Below, in pieces: positions 1-9,084 of a stretch of DNA of 40,102 nt. The notes under the pieces are model-generated. The model was not told the DNA's origin and made no database searches. It worked only from the letters and a program-made list of their open reading frames with translations. Every line of letters begins with the position of its first letter. Position 1 is the first letter of the stretch. Source of the DNA: Polyangiaceae bacterium (GTDB lineage: Bacteria > Myxococcota_A > Polyangia > Polyangiales > Polyangiaceae); the NCBI GenBank assembly GCA_044222475.1, contig JBGANF010000072.1:1-40102 (forward strand), written 5' to 3'. A program made the position numbers and the translations under genes.

Positions 1-2118
1 CACGATCACATCACCTACGCGAACAACGCGCCGGTGGGTCACGGCACCGAGCGGTACGAGCACCGCAACGAGTGGCGCAAAGGCATCAACGGCCACAAGG
101 CGCTTCCCTACAAGAGCGGCGCTTCGACGGCGGTCGTGCAGTTCGCCGAGCTCCGGTTCCTCATGGGCGGCACGACGTCGACGGCGGGCGCCGGCGGGAA
201 AAAAGGCCTGATCCGCAACATCGACTCCGACGACATCGCGCTCGACGAAGGTCTGGCGGTACAGCCCGCGAACTCGGACACGTTCCCGCTCGCCGACTCG
301 AGCCTGACCACGCTCATCTCGAGCGGGTGCGCGTACCCCACCGGCCGGACGACGGCCGCGTCGATCGCGTCGCTCGACGGCTACCTCCCCCACCTCGCCG
401 AAGGCATCGGCGCTCCCGCCCACAACGAGCTCGTCTGCACGAACAACTCGGCCGGGAACTTCGACCTCCTCGCGCCGCCCACCGCGATCATCCACTCGAT
501 CGCGATGGTCCCGGACGATGCGGCCCAGATGCGGACCGATCAGACGCGCGTCGTGTGGTCACCGCGATCGAACGTCGACCTCTACGGAAACACCGCGCCG
601 ATCACGATGCTCGACGCGATGGGCGTGCAGATCGCGCTCGGTACCGATTGGGTACCGTCGGGCAGCATGAACATGAACCGCGAGCTCCGCTGCGCGGACG
701 AGCTGAACACCAAGTACTTCAACGGCCACTTCACCGACGCCGACCTCTGGCGCATGGTCACGATCAACGCCGCCTACGCCGTCGGCGCGGGCAACGTCGT
801 GGGCCAGCTCACCGCCGGCTACGTGGCGGACATCGCCATCTTCGACGGCAAGACCAGCAAGGACCACCGCGCGGTCGTCGATGCCGGGGTCGAAGACGTG
901 AGCCTCGTCCTCCGCGGCGGCAAGCCGCTGTACGGCGACGACGAGCTCATGACCGGCCTCGGTGCCGGCGCCTGCGAGACGTTCTCCGGGAACGTGTGCG
1001 GCATCGCGAAGCGCGCGTGCGTCGCCCAAGACATCGGCGGCGGGACGACCCTCGCGTCGATCCGCACCGCCGGCGACGCGATCTACCCGCTGTTCTTCTG
1101 CAAGAACACGGTGCCGACGAGCGAGCCGAGCTGCGTGCCCTACCGCGACACCTACCCGAACGGCATCGCCGCGGGCGACAAGGACGGCGACGGCGTCACC
1201 GACGAGCAGGACAACTGCCCGGCGTTCTTCAACCCCGTGCGCCCGATGGACTCGGCGAAGCAGTCCGACGTCGACGGCGACGGTCTCGGCGACGCGTGCG
1301 ACCGCTGCCCGACCGACGCCACGAACAAGTGCACGACGCCCAACGCGCTCGACGTCGACGGCGACGGCGTCCTCAACGAGGTCGACAACTGCGCGCGCAC
1401 GGCCAACGCCGACCAAGCCGACGGCGACAAAGACGGCCATGGCGATCTCTGCGACGCGTGCCCGACCACCGCGAACCCGGGCGCGACCGGCTGCTTGCTG
1501 ACCGTCCCCGCGATCCGCGACAAGAAGAACAGCGCCCACCCGAAGCCGGGGGCGATCGTCACCGTGAACGACCTGTGGGTCACCGCCGTCCAGAACAACA
1601 CCGGCGTCTTCGCGGAGGACGGCACGCAGAAGGACTACACCGGGCTCTTCGTCAACGTCGGCGGCGGTGCGGTGAACCTCAAGCGCGGCAACAAGATCTC
1701 CGTCACCGGCGTCTACCAAGAGATCTTCGGCATCTCGACGATCTACGGCGCCGACGTGAAGATCGTGGACCCCGGTACGGTCCTTCCCTTCCAGCCGCTC
1801 CCCGAGGATCCGGCGAACCTGAAGACCGGCGGCTCCAAAGCCGACGCGTACGTCGGGATGCTCGTCAGCATCGGGCCGGTGACCATCTTGAACGACATCC
1901 CCGACGGGGCGTCGAGCAAGTTCTACGAGTTCACGGTCACGAGTGATCTGCGGATCGACGACTCCCTGTTCGTCCGCTATGGAACGCCGACCAACGGGCC
2001 GTATCCGCCGCCGGCCTACACGAACGGCAAGGTCTTCACGAAGATCGTCGGCATCGAGTCGTTCAGCTTCTCGAACTCGAAGCTCTGGCCCCGCGACGCG
2101 GCAGACATTCAGCCGTAA
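1..2118 (+). CDS. Amidohydrolase-superfamily protein fused to thrombospondin type-3 repeats and C-terminal OB-fold-like domains (5' truncated by window)
   Basis: Frame is open from base 1 (HDHITY, HxH metal motif). Later motifs HLAEG, IIHS, WSPRSN, LGTDW, G-x-L-x-x-G-x-x-AD. Four DxDxDG..D/N..DxC repeats. C-terminus has GLFV..KRGNKISVTG, OB-like. Confidence 0.85.
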   Translation, partial: HDHITYANNAPVGHGTERYEHRNEWRKGINGHKALPYKSGASTAVVQFAELRFLMGGTTSTAGAGGKKGLIRNIDSDDIALDEGLAVQPANSDTFPLADSSLTTLISSGCAYPTGRTTAASIASLDGYLPHLAEGIGAPAHNELVCTNNSAGNFDLLAPPTAIIHSIAMVPDDAAQMRTDQTRVVWSPRSNVDLYGNTAPITMLDAMGVQIALGTDWVPSGSMNMNRELRCADELNTKYFNGHFTDADLWRMVTINAAYAVGAGNVVGQLTAGYVADIAIFDGKTSKDHRAVVDAGVEDVSLVLRGGKPLYGDDELMTGLGAGACETFSGNVCGIAKRACVAQDIGGGTTLASIRTAGDAIYPLFFCKNTVPTSEPSCVPYRDTYPNGIAAGDKDGDGVTDEQDNCPAFFNPVRPMDSAKQSDVDGDGLGDACDRCPTDATNKCTTPNALDVDGDGVLNEVDNCARTANADQADGDKDGHGDLCDACPTTANPGATGCLLTVPAIRDKKNSAHPKPGAIVTVNDLWVTAVQNNTGVFAEDGTQKDYTGLFVNVGGGAVNLKRGNKISVTGVYQEIFGISTIYGADVKIVDPGTVLPFQPLPEDPANLKTGGSKADAYVGMLVSIGPVTILNDIPDGASSKFYEFTVTSDLRIDDSLFVRYGTPTNGPYPPPAYTNGKVFTKIVGIESFSFSNSKLWPRDAADIQP
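1177..1464 (+). repeat. Thrombospondin type-3 (Ca-binding) protein repeats x4
   Basis: DKDGDGVTDEQDNCP, DVDGDGLGDACDRCP, DVDGDGVLNEVDNCA, DGDKDGHGDLCDACP. Confidence 0.85.
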
Positions 2119-2127
2119 GCTACGGGC

Positions 2128-3036
2128 ATGCGCTTCGTGCGCCGCGCCCTCGCTTCGACCGTCGGCATCTTCGTCGGGTGCGTCGTGGCTTGCGCCAGCG
2201 GGCCGGCGGGCACGATCGTCATCGGCCTCGAAGGTGACGACGTCGTCGCGGTGGGCTCGATCCACGCGGGCGTGCTCGTCGACGGCGTCAAGAAGGCGTC
2301 CCTCGATTTTCCGAACGCGAGCTCGCCCCAGATGTTGCCTCAGGAGATCGTCGCTGACGGCGCCGACGGGGATCCCGTGTTCGTGTCGGTGAGTCGCACG
2401 AGCGACGCGTCCGAGATCCGCACGGCGACGACGACGATCGTCGGCGGTGAGAAGCTCCTCCTCCGTCTGCACCTCGAGGCGCGATGCGTCCTGAACAACG
2501 GGAGCGCGCCGCCGCCGACCTGCTACCCGCCGCAGACGTGCATCGCGGGTTCGTGCGCGTCGCGCGGCGTCTCACCGGCGCAGCTGGAGCCCTACTCGGC
2601 CGACTGGGCGACGAAGTCGAAGCCCGGGTGCGGGAGCGCCGGCGCACCCGAGATCGCGCTCGTCGACAGCTCGAGCAAGAAGCCGCTGGTCGACGGCGAC
2701 GTCCTCACGATCGTGCACGGCCTCCAAGGCGGCATCCACATCGAGCTCACCGTGGTCGCCAAGAACGTGCCGCGCGCGAGCCACGCGAAGATCAAGCTCT
2801 GGGTGCCCGACAACCAAGTCGTGCTCGACGAAGGAGACATCCCGTTCGCCTTCGCATCCGACGGCACGCAGTGCGTGCTCGATGCGATTCGCCTGAACCC
2901 GGCGAAGGCGGCGAACGAGGCTGCGGCGCTCTACGGCGAGTTCGCGCTCCGCGGCCACGCCGTCGACGCGACCCTGACGGTCCGGCAGCCCGATGGGACG
3001 ACCACCGACCGCGTCTATCACCTGCAAATCAACTAG
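2128..3036 (+). CDS. Hypothetical Cys-rich lipoprotein
   Basis: Signal peptide with VVAC lipobox-like motif, central Cys cluster, GLQGGIHI motif; codon usage typical of the window. Confidence 0.7.
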   Translation: MRFVRRALASTVGIFVGCVVACASGPAGTIVIGLEGDDVVAVGSIHAGVLVDGVKKASLDFPNASSPQMLPQEIVADGADGDPVFVSVSRTSDASEIRTATTTIVGGEKLLLRLHLEARCVLNNGSAPPPTCYPPQTCIAGSCASRGVSPAQLEPYSADWATKSKPGCGSAGAPEIALVDSSSKKPLVDGDVLTIVHGLQGGIHIELTVVAKNVPRASHAKIKLWVPDNQVVLDEGDIPFAFASDGTQCVLDAIRLNPAKAANEAAALYGEFALRGHAVDATLTVRQPDGTTTDRVYHLQIN

Positions 3037-3123
3037 TTCTCGGACGAACCAAACTACACGGGCGTACAGCGCCGCTGTTGTGGTTGAAGGTGGGCGAGAT
3101 CGGTGTTATGGGGCCGGACCTCC

Positions 3124-3747
3124 ATGAAGCACCTCGCCATCTTCCTCCTCGCCGCAGTCGTCTCGCTCTTCGCCTCGGTCGCCCAGGCCGACTTCACCCA
3201 CACCGTGACGTACGGATACTCGCAGGGCACGTCGATCAAGATCACGTCGCCCGCGAACTTCAAGGTCAAGGTCCAGGTCGGCGGCCAAGAGAAAGAGGAC
3301 ACCATCCCGGCGATCATCGCCCTGCCCGACCAGGATGCGTACGTCCCGGTGACGATCATCGCGCCCGATGGAAAGTCCTGGACCGGCAAGATCGAGGTGA
3401 AGGCCAAGCAGCAGGCGACGGTTTCGTTCGGCTACACGGCCGACGCGGCGCCGGCGGCTCAGGCCGGCGCGGCGCGCAAGTTCATCGGGAAGATCACGAA
3501 CCTGACGAACACCTGCGACGCGACCCACCAGGGCAGCATGCACTTCGAGTTCCTCGATGCGAACGGCCAGAAGCTCTACGAGACCGACCTCGACATGAAC
3601 CAGTTCAAGCCGAACGTCGAAGTCCCGGCCGGCACGTACGACGTGCGCATCTTCAAGAAGACGCCGCAGGGTCCGATCTACCAGACCACCACCAAGTACA
3701 CCGTCAGCGCCGACAACTGGCACTTCGAGTGGTCCTGCAAGCGCTGA
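3124..3747 (+). CDS. Secreted beta-rich hypothetical protein
   Basis: Start reassigned to ATG 3124 (MKHLAIFLL...AQA signal peptide); VPAGTYDVRI beta-sandwich-like motif. Confidence 0.75.
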   Translation: MKHLAIFLLAAVVSLFASVAQADFTHTVTYGYSQGTSIKITSPANFKVKVQVGGQEKEDTIPAIIALPDQDAYVPVTIIAPDGKSWTGKIEVKAKQQATVSFGYTADAAPAAQAGAARKFIGKITNLTNTCDATHQGSMHFEFLDANGQKLYETDLDMNQFKPNVEVPAGTYDVRIFKKTPQGPIYQTTTKYTVSADNWHFEWSCKR

Positions 3748-3758
3748 AACCGTGGTAG

Positions 3759-3791
3759 GAAGTCCCTCCGCGCCACCTGTGGAGGGACTTC
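3759..3791 (+). promoter_or_regulatory. Stem-loop overlapping the livK ribosome-binding site
   Basis: GAAGTCCCTCC (3759-3769) is the perfect reverse complement of GGAGGGACTTC (3781-3791); extendable by G-U, C-G, G-U pairs to a 5-nt loop; ATG at 3793. Confidence 0.75.
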
Positions 3792-3792
3792 G

Positions 3793-4941
3793 ATGAGCAT
3801 TTCGCGCCGCATCTTCATCACTGCCGCCGTCGCGACCGCGCTCGCCGTCGCGAGCGCCACCGGCTGCAAGTCCAAGAGCGACGAGATCGTCGTCGGCTCG
3901 TACCTCTCGCTCTCCGGTCCCGACAGCACGTTCGGAAGCGACACGCGCGAAGGCATCGACCTCGCGCTCGAAGAGACGAACGCCGCCGGCGGAATCAAGG
4001 GCAAGAAGATCAAGGTCGTCTACGAGGACGACAAGTCGACGACCCAAGAAGCGACGAACAAGGTCCAGCAGCTGATCGATCGCGACGGCGCGGTGGCGAT
4101 CCTCGGTGAGGTAGCATCGAGCCGATCGATCGCCGGTGGCCTCGTCTGCCAGAAGAAGAAGGTCCCGATGGTCACGCCGTCGTCGACGGCGGTGAACGTC
4201 ACGACTGGTCGCGACTACGTCTTCCGCGTCTGCTTCACCGACGCGCAGCAGGGCGACGTCGCCGCGCGCTTCGTCCACGACACGCTGAAGAAGAACAAGG
4301 TCGCCGTCCTGTACGTCGCCCAAGACACGTACTCGTCGGGTCTCGCGGAGACGTTCAAGGCGTCGTTCCAGAAGGCCGGCGGTCAGATCGTCGTCGACAA
4401 GGGGTACCCCAAGGGCGAGACGAACTTCACGACGTTCCTGAACGACATCAAGGCGCAGAGCCCCGAGGCGATCTTCGTCCCGGTCTACTACAACGACATG
4501 GTCCAGATCGCGCGCCAGGCAAAGGGTGCCGGGATCGACGGATCGACCTTCGTCGGCGGTGACGGCTGGGACTCGTCGAACCTCATCGAGGGCGCAGGTG
4601 ACCTCCTCGAAGGCGCGTACTTCACGAACCACTACGCGCCGGACGTGCCGTGGCAGAACTCGCAGACGTTCGTGGCGTCCTTCAAGAAGAAGTACGGTCA
4701 CGACCCCTCGAGCCTCTCGGCGCAGGGCTACGACGCCGCCGGGCTCCTCTTCGACGCGATGAAGCGCTCGAGCGAGGTGACGCCGCAGAAGATCCAAGAG
4801 CAGCTCGCGGCGACGAAGGACTTCGCGGGCGCCACCGGCACGCTGACGATCGACAAGGACCACAACGCGAACAAGCCGATCGTCGTCGTCCAGGTGAAGA
4901 GCAAGAAGTTCGCGTACTCGACGCAGCTCCTCGCGCAATGA
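3793..4941 (+). CDS. livK: Branched-chain amino acid ABC transporter substrate-binding lipoprotein (LivJ/LivK family)
   Basis: LSLSG..FG, NAAGGIKGKKI..VYEDD, YVFRVCFTD..QG, GGDGW, GYDA, F.GATG motifs; ATGC lipobox. Confidence 0.93.
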   Translation: MSISRRIFITAAVATALAVASATGCKSKSDEIVVGSYLSLSGPDSTFGSDTREGIDLALEETNAAGGIKGKKIKVVYEDDKSTTQEATNKVQQLIDRDGAVAILGEVASSRSIAGGLVCQKKKVPMVTPSSTAVNVTTGRDYVFRVCFTDAQQGDVAARFVHDTLKKNKVAVLYVAQDTYSSGLAETFKASFQKAGGQIVVDKGYPKGETNFTTFLNDIKAQSPEAIFVPVYYNDMVQIARQAKGAGIDGSTFVGGDGWDSSNLIEGAGDLLEGAYFTNHYAPDVPWQNSQTFVASFKKKYGHDPSSLSAQGYDAAGLLFDAMKRSSEVTPQKIQEQLAATKDFAGATGTLTIDKDHNANKPIVVVQVKSKKFAYSTQLLAQ

Positions 4942-4951
4942 CAGCCCGCTG

Positions 4952-5866
4952 ATGCATCAGCTCATCGATGCGTTGGTCACCGGCATCGCGCAGGGCGCGA
5001 TGATCGCGCTCGTCGCGCTCGGCTACTCGATGGTGTACGGCGTGCTGAAGCTCATCAACTTCGCGCACAGCGAGGTGTTCATGCTCGCGGCCTACATCGG
5101 GCTCTTCGCGATCATGGCGCTCGGTGGGACGGCGCACCCGCTGCTCGCCGGCGTGGGCGGAACGCTCATCGCCATGTTCGCCGCTGCGCTCCTCGGGATG
5201 ACGATCGAGCGCGTCGGGTATCGGCCGCTGCGAAAAAAGGGCAAGAGCCCGCTCGCGCGCGTCACGCCGCTCGTCACCGCGCTCGGTGTGTCGGTGTTCC
5301 TCCAGAACTTGGCGCAGCTCCTCTTCACTGCGGCGCCGAAGCCGTATCCGCAGCTCCTGGTCGCTGGCTCGTCGGTGTCGATCGGGAGCTACCACCTGGC
5401 GACGTCGCGCGTGATCATCTTCATCGCGGCGATCCTCGTGATGCTGCTGCTCAACTACATCGTGAAGCGGACGTGGTTCGGCAAGGCGATGCGCGCCCTC
5501 TCGGCGAACGAAGAGGCGGCGCGGCTCATGGGCGTCAACACGTCGCGCGTCATCTCGACGACGTTCGCGCTCGGGTCGGGGCTGGCCGCGCTGGGCGCCG
5601 TGCTGTTCTGCCTCGACCAGTCGCAGGCGACGCCGACCATGGGCACGAAGATCGGGACGTACGCGTTCGTCGCCGCCGTGCTCGGGGGGATTGGAAACAT
5701 CACCGGCGCGCTGCTCGGCGGGCTCCTCATCGGAATCCTCGGCGAGATGCTGAAGCTGACGAGCTACTCCGGCGGCGTCGAGGTGCTCGTCTTCGTGGTG
5801 CTCATCGCCGTGCTTCTCTGGCGCCCGGCAGGCCTCCTCGGCTCGACGCGCGCCGAGAAGGTCTGA
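4952..5866 (+). CDS. livH: Branched-chain amino acid ABC transporter permease
   Basis: ALGYSMVYGVLKLINFAHSE, GKAMRA..N.EAARLMGVN, AFVAAVLGGIG, RPAGLLG. Confidence 0.93.
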   Translation: MHQLIDALVTGIAQGAMIALVALGYSMVYGVLKLINFAHSEVFMLAAYIGLFAIMALGGTAHPLLAGVGGTLIAMFAAALLGMTIERVGYRPLRKKGKSPLARVTPLVTALGVSVFLQNLAQLLFTAAPKPYPQLLVAGSSVSIGSYHLATSRVIIFIAAILVMLLLNYIVKRTWFGKAMRALSANEEAARLMGVNTSRVISTTFALGSGLAALGAVLFCLDQSQATPTMGTKIGTYAFVAAVLGGIGNITGALLGGLLIGILGEMLKLTSYSGGVEVLVFVVLIAVLLWRPAGLLGSTRAEKV

Positions 5867-5873
5867 GTCCGAG

Positions 5874-6551
5874 TCACTGCTTCGTCCACTTCTCCTGGCC
5901 GACGACCGTGTTGCCGTTCTTCCAGGTCATCGTGAAGTCGCTGCCGACGATCGAGAGCGTGCCCATCTTCACGTTGCCCTTGTTCTGAACGTTGCACATC
6001 TCCTCGACGGTGAGGTCACCGTTGCCGTTGGTCTGAATCCAATAGGTGCCGAAGGTCGTCGTCCCCGGATCGTTGATGGTCGTCTTTCGTGTCAGCGAGT
6101 ATCGGAAGAACGTCTGGCCCTTGTCGAGGTACACGCTCGCGCTGCCGATGGCGTACGCAATCGGGCAGTACGGCTGGCCGTAGAGCGTTGCGTTGACGTA
6201 GTTGCCGACGGCGAAGAGACCGCCCTGGCTGACCGACGCTGGGTTGGCGAGACAGCCGATGTGGTTGTACGCGCCGCTGACGAGCGTCTGGTCGATGCAG
6301 GTCGTCGTCGGTTTGCCCGCCTCGGCCTCGACGGCGGCATCCGCGGGAGGCGAGCCATCGGTCGTGGTGGTGGCGTCCGTGCCGGTGTCCGGCGGCGGCG
6401 CGACCACGTCGTTCGCGGCGTCGGGAACGCTCGCATCCGCCGTGGCGTCGGTCCCCGCCTCGACGGGGGGCACGACGGCTTGATCACCCACGCAGGCAAT
6501 GAGGATGGCGGCGGGTACGACGAAGGCGAAGACGTGTCTGATCGAGTGCAT
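5874..6551 (-). CDS. Hypothetical lipoprotein with low-complexity D/A/T linker
   Basis: MHSIRHVF...LIAC lipobox, linker, then a beta-rich domain with Cys residues. Confidence 0.75.
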   Translation of the reverse strand: MHSIRHVFAFVVPAAILIACVGDQAVVPPVEAGTDATADASVPDAANDVVAPPPDTGTDATTTTDGSPPADAAVEAEAGKPTTTCIDQTLVSGAYNHIGCLANPASVSQGGLFAVGNYVNATLYGQPYCPIAYAIGSASVYLDKGQTFFRYSLTRKTTINDPGTTTFGTYWIQTNGNGDLTVEEMCNVQNKGNVKMGTLSIVGSDFTMTWKNGNTVVGQEKWTKQ

Positions 6552-6659
6552 GATACCCAGAATGACCACTCCTCGCGGCCCGTACAAGATGTGCGGTTTC
6601 GAGCACTTGTCCCTACCTCGTGAGACTTCTTCCTTTATTTCGAATTAATCGGCACTAAG

Positions 6660-7322
6660 GTGCGCGCCACCTTGAAGCGGAACCCTCGACGCATCGGCTG
6701 GCTGCTCTTCGTCTTCCTGGCATCGGGCTTCGCTGCGCTCCTCTATCAGGTCGTCTGGCAGCGCTCGCTGTTCGCGATCTTCGGGATCAACATCGAGTCG
6801 GTCACCGTCGTCGTGACGGCCTTCATGCTCGGGCTCGGCATCGGGAGCCTCGTCGGCGGCATCGTGTCGAAGGACCCGAAGCGGCCGGCGCTCCTCTTGT
6901 TTGGTCTCGTCGAGCTCGGCATCGGAGCGTTCGGGATGGTTTCGCTTCCGTTGTTCCACGCGGTCGGCGGGATGACGCTCGACCTGCCGCCGGTGGCCAC
7001 CGCGCTGATCACCTTCCTCTTGTTGCTGCTGCCGACGATGTTGATGGGTGGGACCTTGCCGCTGCTCGTCGCTCACAGCGTGCGCCAGTCGGGCAACGTC
7101 GGAAAGTCGGTGGGCCAGCTCTACTTCGTGAACACGCTCGGCTCGGCGTTCGCGTCGATCATGTCGGTCATGGTGGTGATGGGACCGCTCGGGCAATCGA
7201 ACACCGTGCGCGTGGCAGCGGCGATCAACGTCGTCGTCGGCACGAGCGCGATCTTCCTGTGGTCGCGCGAGCGACGCGTGGCTGCTGCGGCGGCGCCGGC
7301 AGCTGCATCCGAGGCCGCCTGA
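6660..7322 (+). CDS. Membrane protein; N-terminal MFS-like half of the fused MFS/spermidine-synthase family
   Basis: SGFAALLYQVVWQR, AFMLGLGIGS, LMGGTLP, LYFVNTLGS; about 6 hydrophobic segments; start uncertain (GTG 6660 or TTG 6672). Confidence 0.8.
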   Translation: MRATLKRNPRRIGWLLFVFLASGFAALLYQVVWQRSLFAIFGINIESVTVVVTAFMLGLGIGSLVGGIVSKDPKRPALLLFGLVELGIGAFGMVSLPLFHAVGGMTLDLPPVATALITFLLLLLPTMLMGGTLPLLVAHSVRQSGNVGKSVGQLYFVNTLGSAFASIMSVMVVMGPLGQSNTVRVAAAINVVVGTSAIFLWSRERRVAAAAAPAAASEAA

Positions 7323-8887
7323 TGTTCGCCGTCGCTCTCGTCACCGCTGCGCTCACCGGCTTCGTCGCGCTCTCCTACGAGATCCTCTGGTACCGCGTCG
7401 TCAGCTTCCTGACGTGGAGCTCGCCGGCGTCGTTCGGCATCTTGCTCGGAGCGTACCTTTTTGGGATTGCGCTGGGATCGCTCGGAAGCCGGCGCTTCTG
7501 CAAGGACGAGACGAAGAAGGGCGACGTCGGTCCGCTCCGCGCTCTCGCGGTGTTCGTGTTCTTCGCCAATGCTGCGAGCTTCTTGGTGGTGCCGGCGATC
7601 GCCTACGCCGCGACGAAGGGCTCGCCGGTCGCGCCGCTCGTCGCCATTGCAGTCGCTGCGGCGCTGATGGGGGCGGTGCTGCCCTTGCTCGCGCATTTCG
7701 CGATCGCGCCGGACGACAAGGCGGGGGTTCGGCTTTCGTACCTGTACCTCGCGAACATCATCGGCTCGGCCCTGGGGAGCCTGGTCACCGGGTTCGTCTT
7801 CATGGACTCGATGACGATGCAGCAGATCGGAACGTTGCTGGCTGGGTTGGGGTTCGGCATCGCGGGGGCGCTGTGGCTCGTGAGCCGCCCGAGCAACGCG
7901 CAGTCGGCCGCCGGGATCGCGGCGGTGGCCATCGCGGTATTCGCGGTGCGACGCTCGGCGCCGACGCTCTTCGATCGGCTGTACGAGAAGCTCAACTACA
8001 AGACGACGTTCACCAACCAACGGTTCGCTCAAGTGCTGGAGAACAAGCACGGGGTGATCGCAGTCGGTGCCGACGGCACCGTCTATGGCGGTGGCGCGTA
8101 CGACGGGCGGCTGAACACGTCGATCGAGCACGATCGCAACGCGATCGTGCGTGCCTATGCCGTGGGGGCGATGCATCCGGCGCCGAAGCAGATGCTGATG
8201 ATCGGCCTTTCGTCCGGCTCGTGGGCGCAGGTGATCTCGCATCTGCCCGGCGTCGAGCACCTGACGATCATCGAGATCAACCCCGGCTATCTCGAAGTCA
8301 TCCGGACGCACCCTGACGTGGCGTCGGTGCTCACGAATCCGAAGATCGACATCCAGATCGACGATGGTAGGCGCTTCCTGCTCCGCCACCCGACGAACAA
8401 GTACGACTTCATCGTGATGAACATGACGTACCACTGGCGAGCGCACGCGACGAACCTGCTGTCGGCGGAGTTCATGCAGCTCGCGCGGGCGCACTTGAAC
8501 CAGGGCGGAGTGTTCTTCTTCAACACGACGTCGTCGGACGACGTGCAGAAGACTGCGGTGACGACGTTCCCGTACGGTCTTCGACTCATCAATTTCCTCG
8601 CGGTGAGCGACAGCCCGTTCGAGCTCGACCGCGCGAGGTTCCGCGAGATCCTGTCGACGATGCAAATCGACGGACGGCCCGTAATCGACTTGAGCACGCC
8701 AGAGGGGCAGAAGTTGCTCGAGGACCTCTGCCTGCTTCCGGAGACGATGAAGCTGGGGCCGGTGCCGGGATGGGGCATGGAGACGCACGAGAGCATGCTG
8801 GCGCGGACGAAGGACGCGCGGATCGTGACGGACGACAACATGGTGCCCGAGTTCCGCCAGCCGCTCCGCTTCCCAGACCCGGAATGA
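7322..8887 (+). CDS. Membrane-bound spermidine-synthase-like class I SAM-dependent transferase
   Basis: ATG overlaps upstream TGA (TGATG). Membrane repeat GFVALSYEILWYR / LYLANIIGS, then MIGLSSGSW, IIEINP, DDGRRFL, YDFIVMN, LNQGG, TDDN. Confidence 0.82.
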   Translation: MFAVALVTAALTGFVALSYEILWYRVVSFLTWSSPASFGILLGAYLFGIALGSLGSRRFCKDETKKGDVGPLRALAVFVFFANAASFLVVPAIAYAATKGSPVAPLVAIAVAAALMGAVLPLLAHFAIAPDDKAGVRLSYLYLANIIGSALGSLVTGFVFMDSMTMQQIGTLLAGLGFGIAGALWLVSRPSNAQSAAGIAAVAIAVFAVRRSAPTLFDRLYEKLNYKTTFTNQRFAQVLENKHGVIAVGADGTVYGGGAYDGRLNTSIEHDRNAIVRAYAVGAMHPAPKQMLMIGLSSGSWAQVISHLPGVEHLTIIEINPGYLEVIRTHPDVASVLTNPKIDIQIDDGRRFLLRHPTNKYDFIVMNMTYHWRAHATNLLSAEFMQLARAHLNQGGVFFFNTTSSDDVQKTAVTTFPYGLRLINFLAVSDSPFELDRARFREILSTMQIDGRPVIDLSTPEGQKLLEDLCLLPETMKLGPVPGWGMETHESMLARTKDARIVTDDNMVPEFRQPLRFPDPE

Positions 8888-8947
8888 CGTGGCCCTCCGA
8901 GGTGGCGACCGCCACCTGGGAGTGCCACTTCGCCACCGACCGGCCCC

Positions 8948-9005
8948 ACGGCCCAAAATCGCCCAGATCGTTAGCATGATCACGATCTGGCTGTTTTTCG
9001 GCCGT
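8948..9005. repeat. Long imperfect inverted repeat (24-bp arms, 10-nt loop) with 11-6-11 core
   Basis: 8948-8971 ACGGCCCAAAATCGCCCAGATCGT vs reverse complement of 8982-9005 ACGGCCGAAAAACAGCCAGATCGT (20/24). Core CCAGATCGTTA-GCATGA-TCACGATCTGG at 8963-8990. Confidence 0.8.
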
Positions 9006-9084
9006 TTGGTGGCGGTTTGGATTTCGGGGTGGCTCGGCCGGTTGGGCCTCGTTGGGTGGCACGCCTCGTGCTCTTCGTAGCGTC

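Noticed and set aside
1177..1464. Repeated GACGGCGACGG units as a possible CRISPR or DNA repeat array
   Set aside because: They encode TSP3 protein repeats; no constant repeat-spacer structure and no cas genes.
3759..3791. Intrinsic terminator call for the hairpin
   Set aside because: No U-tract on either strand and it overlaps the next RBS; not excluded, but not supportable as a terminator.
8963..8990. Calling the core the chromosomal dif site
   Set aside because: Geometry fits, but it lacks the conserved XerD arm (TTATGTTAAAT-like) and is nearly symmetric; kept only as an unexplained element.
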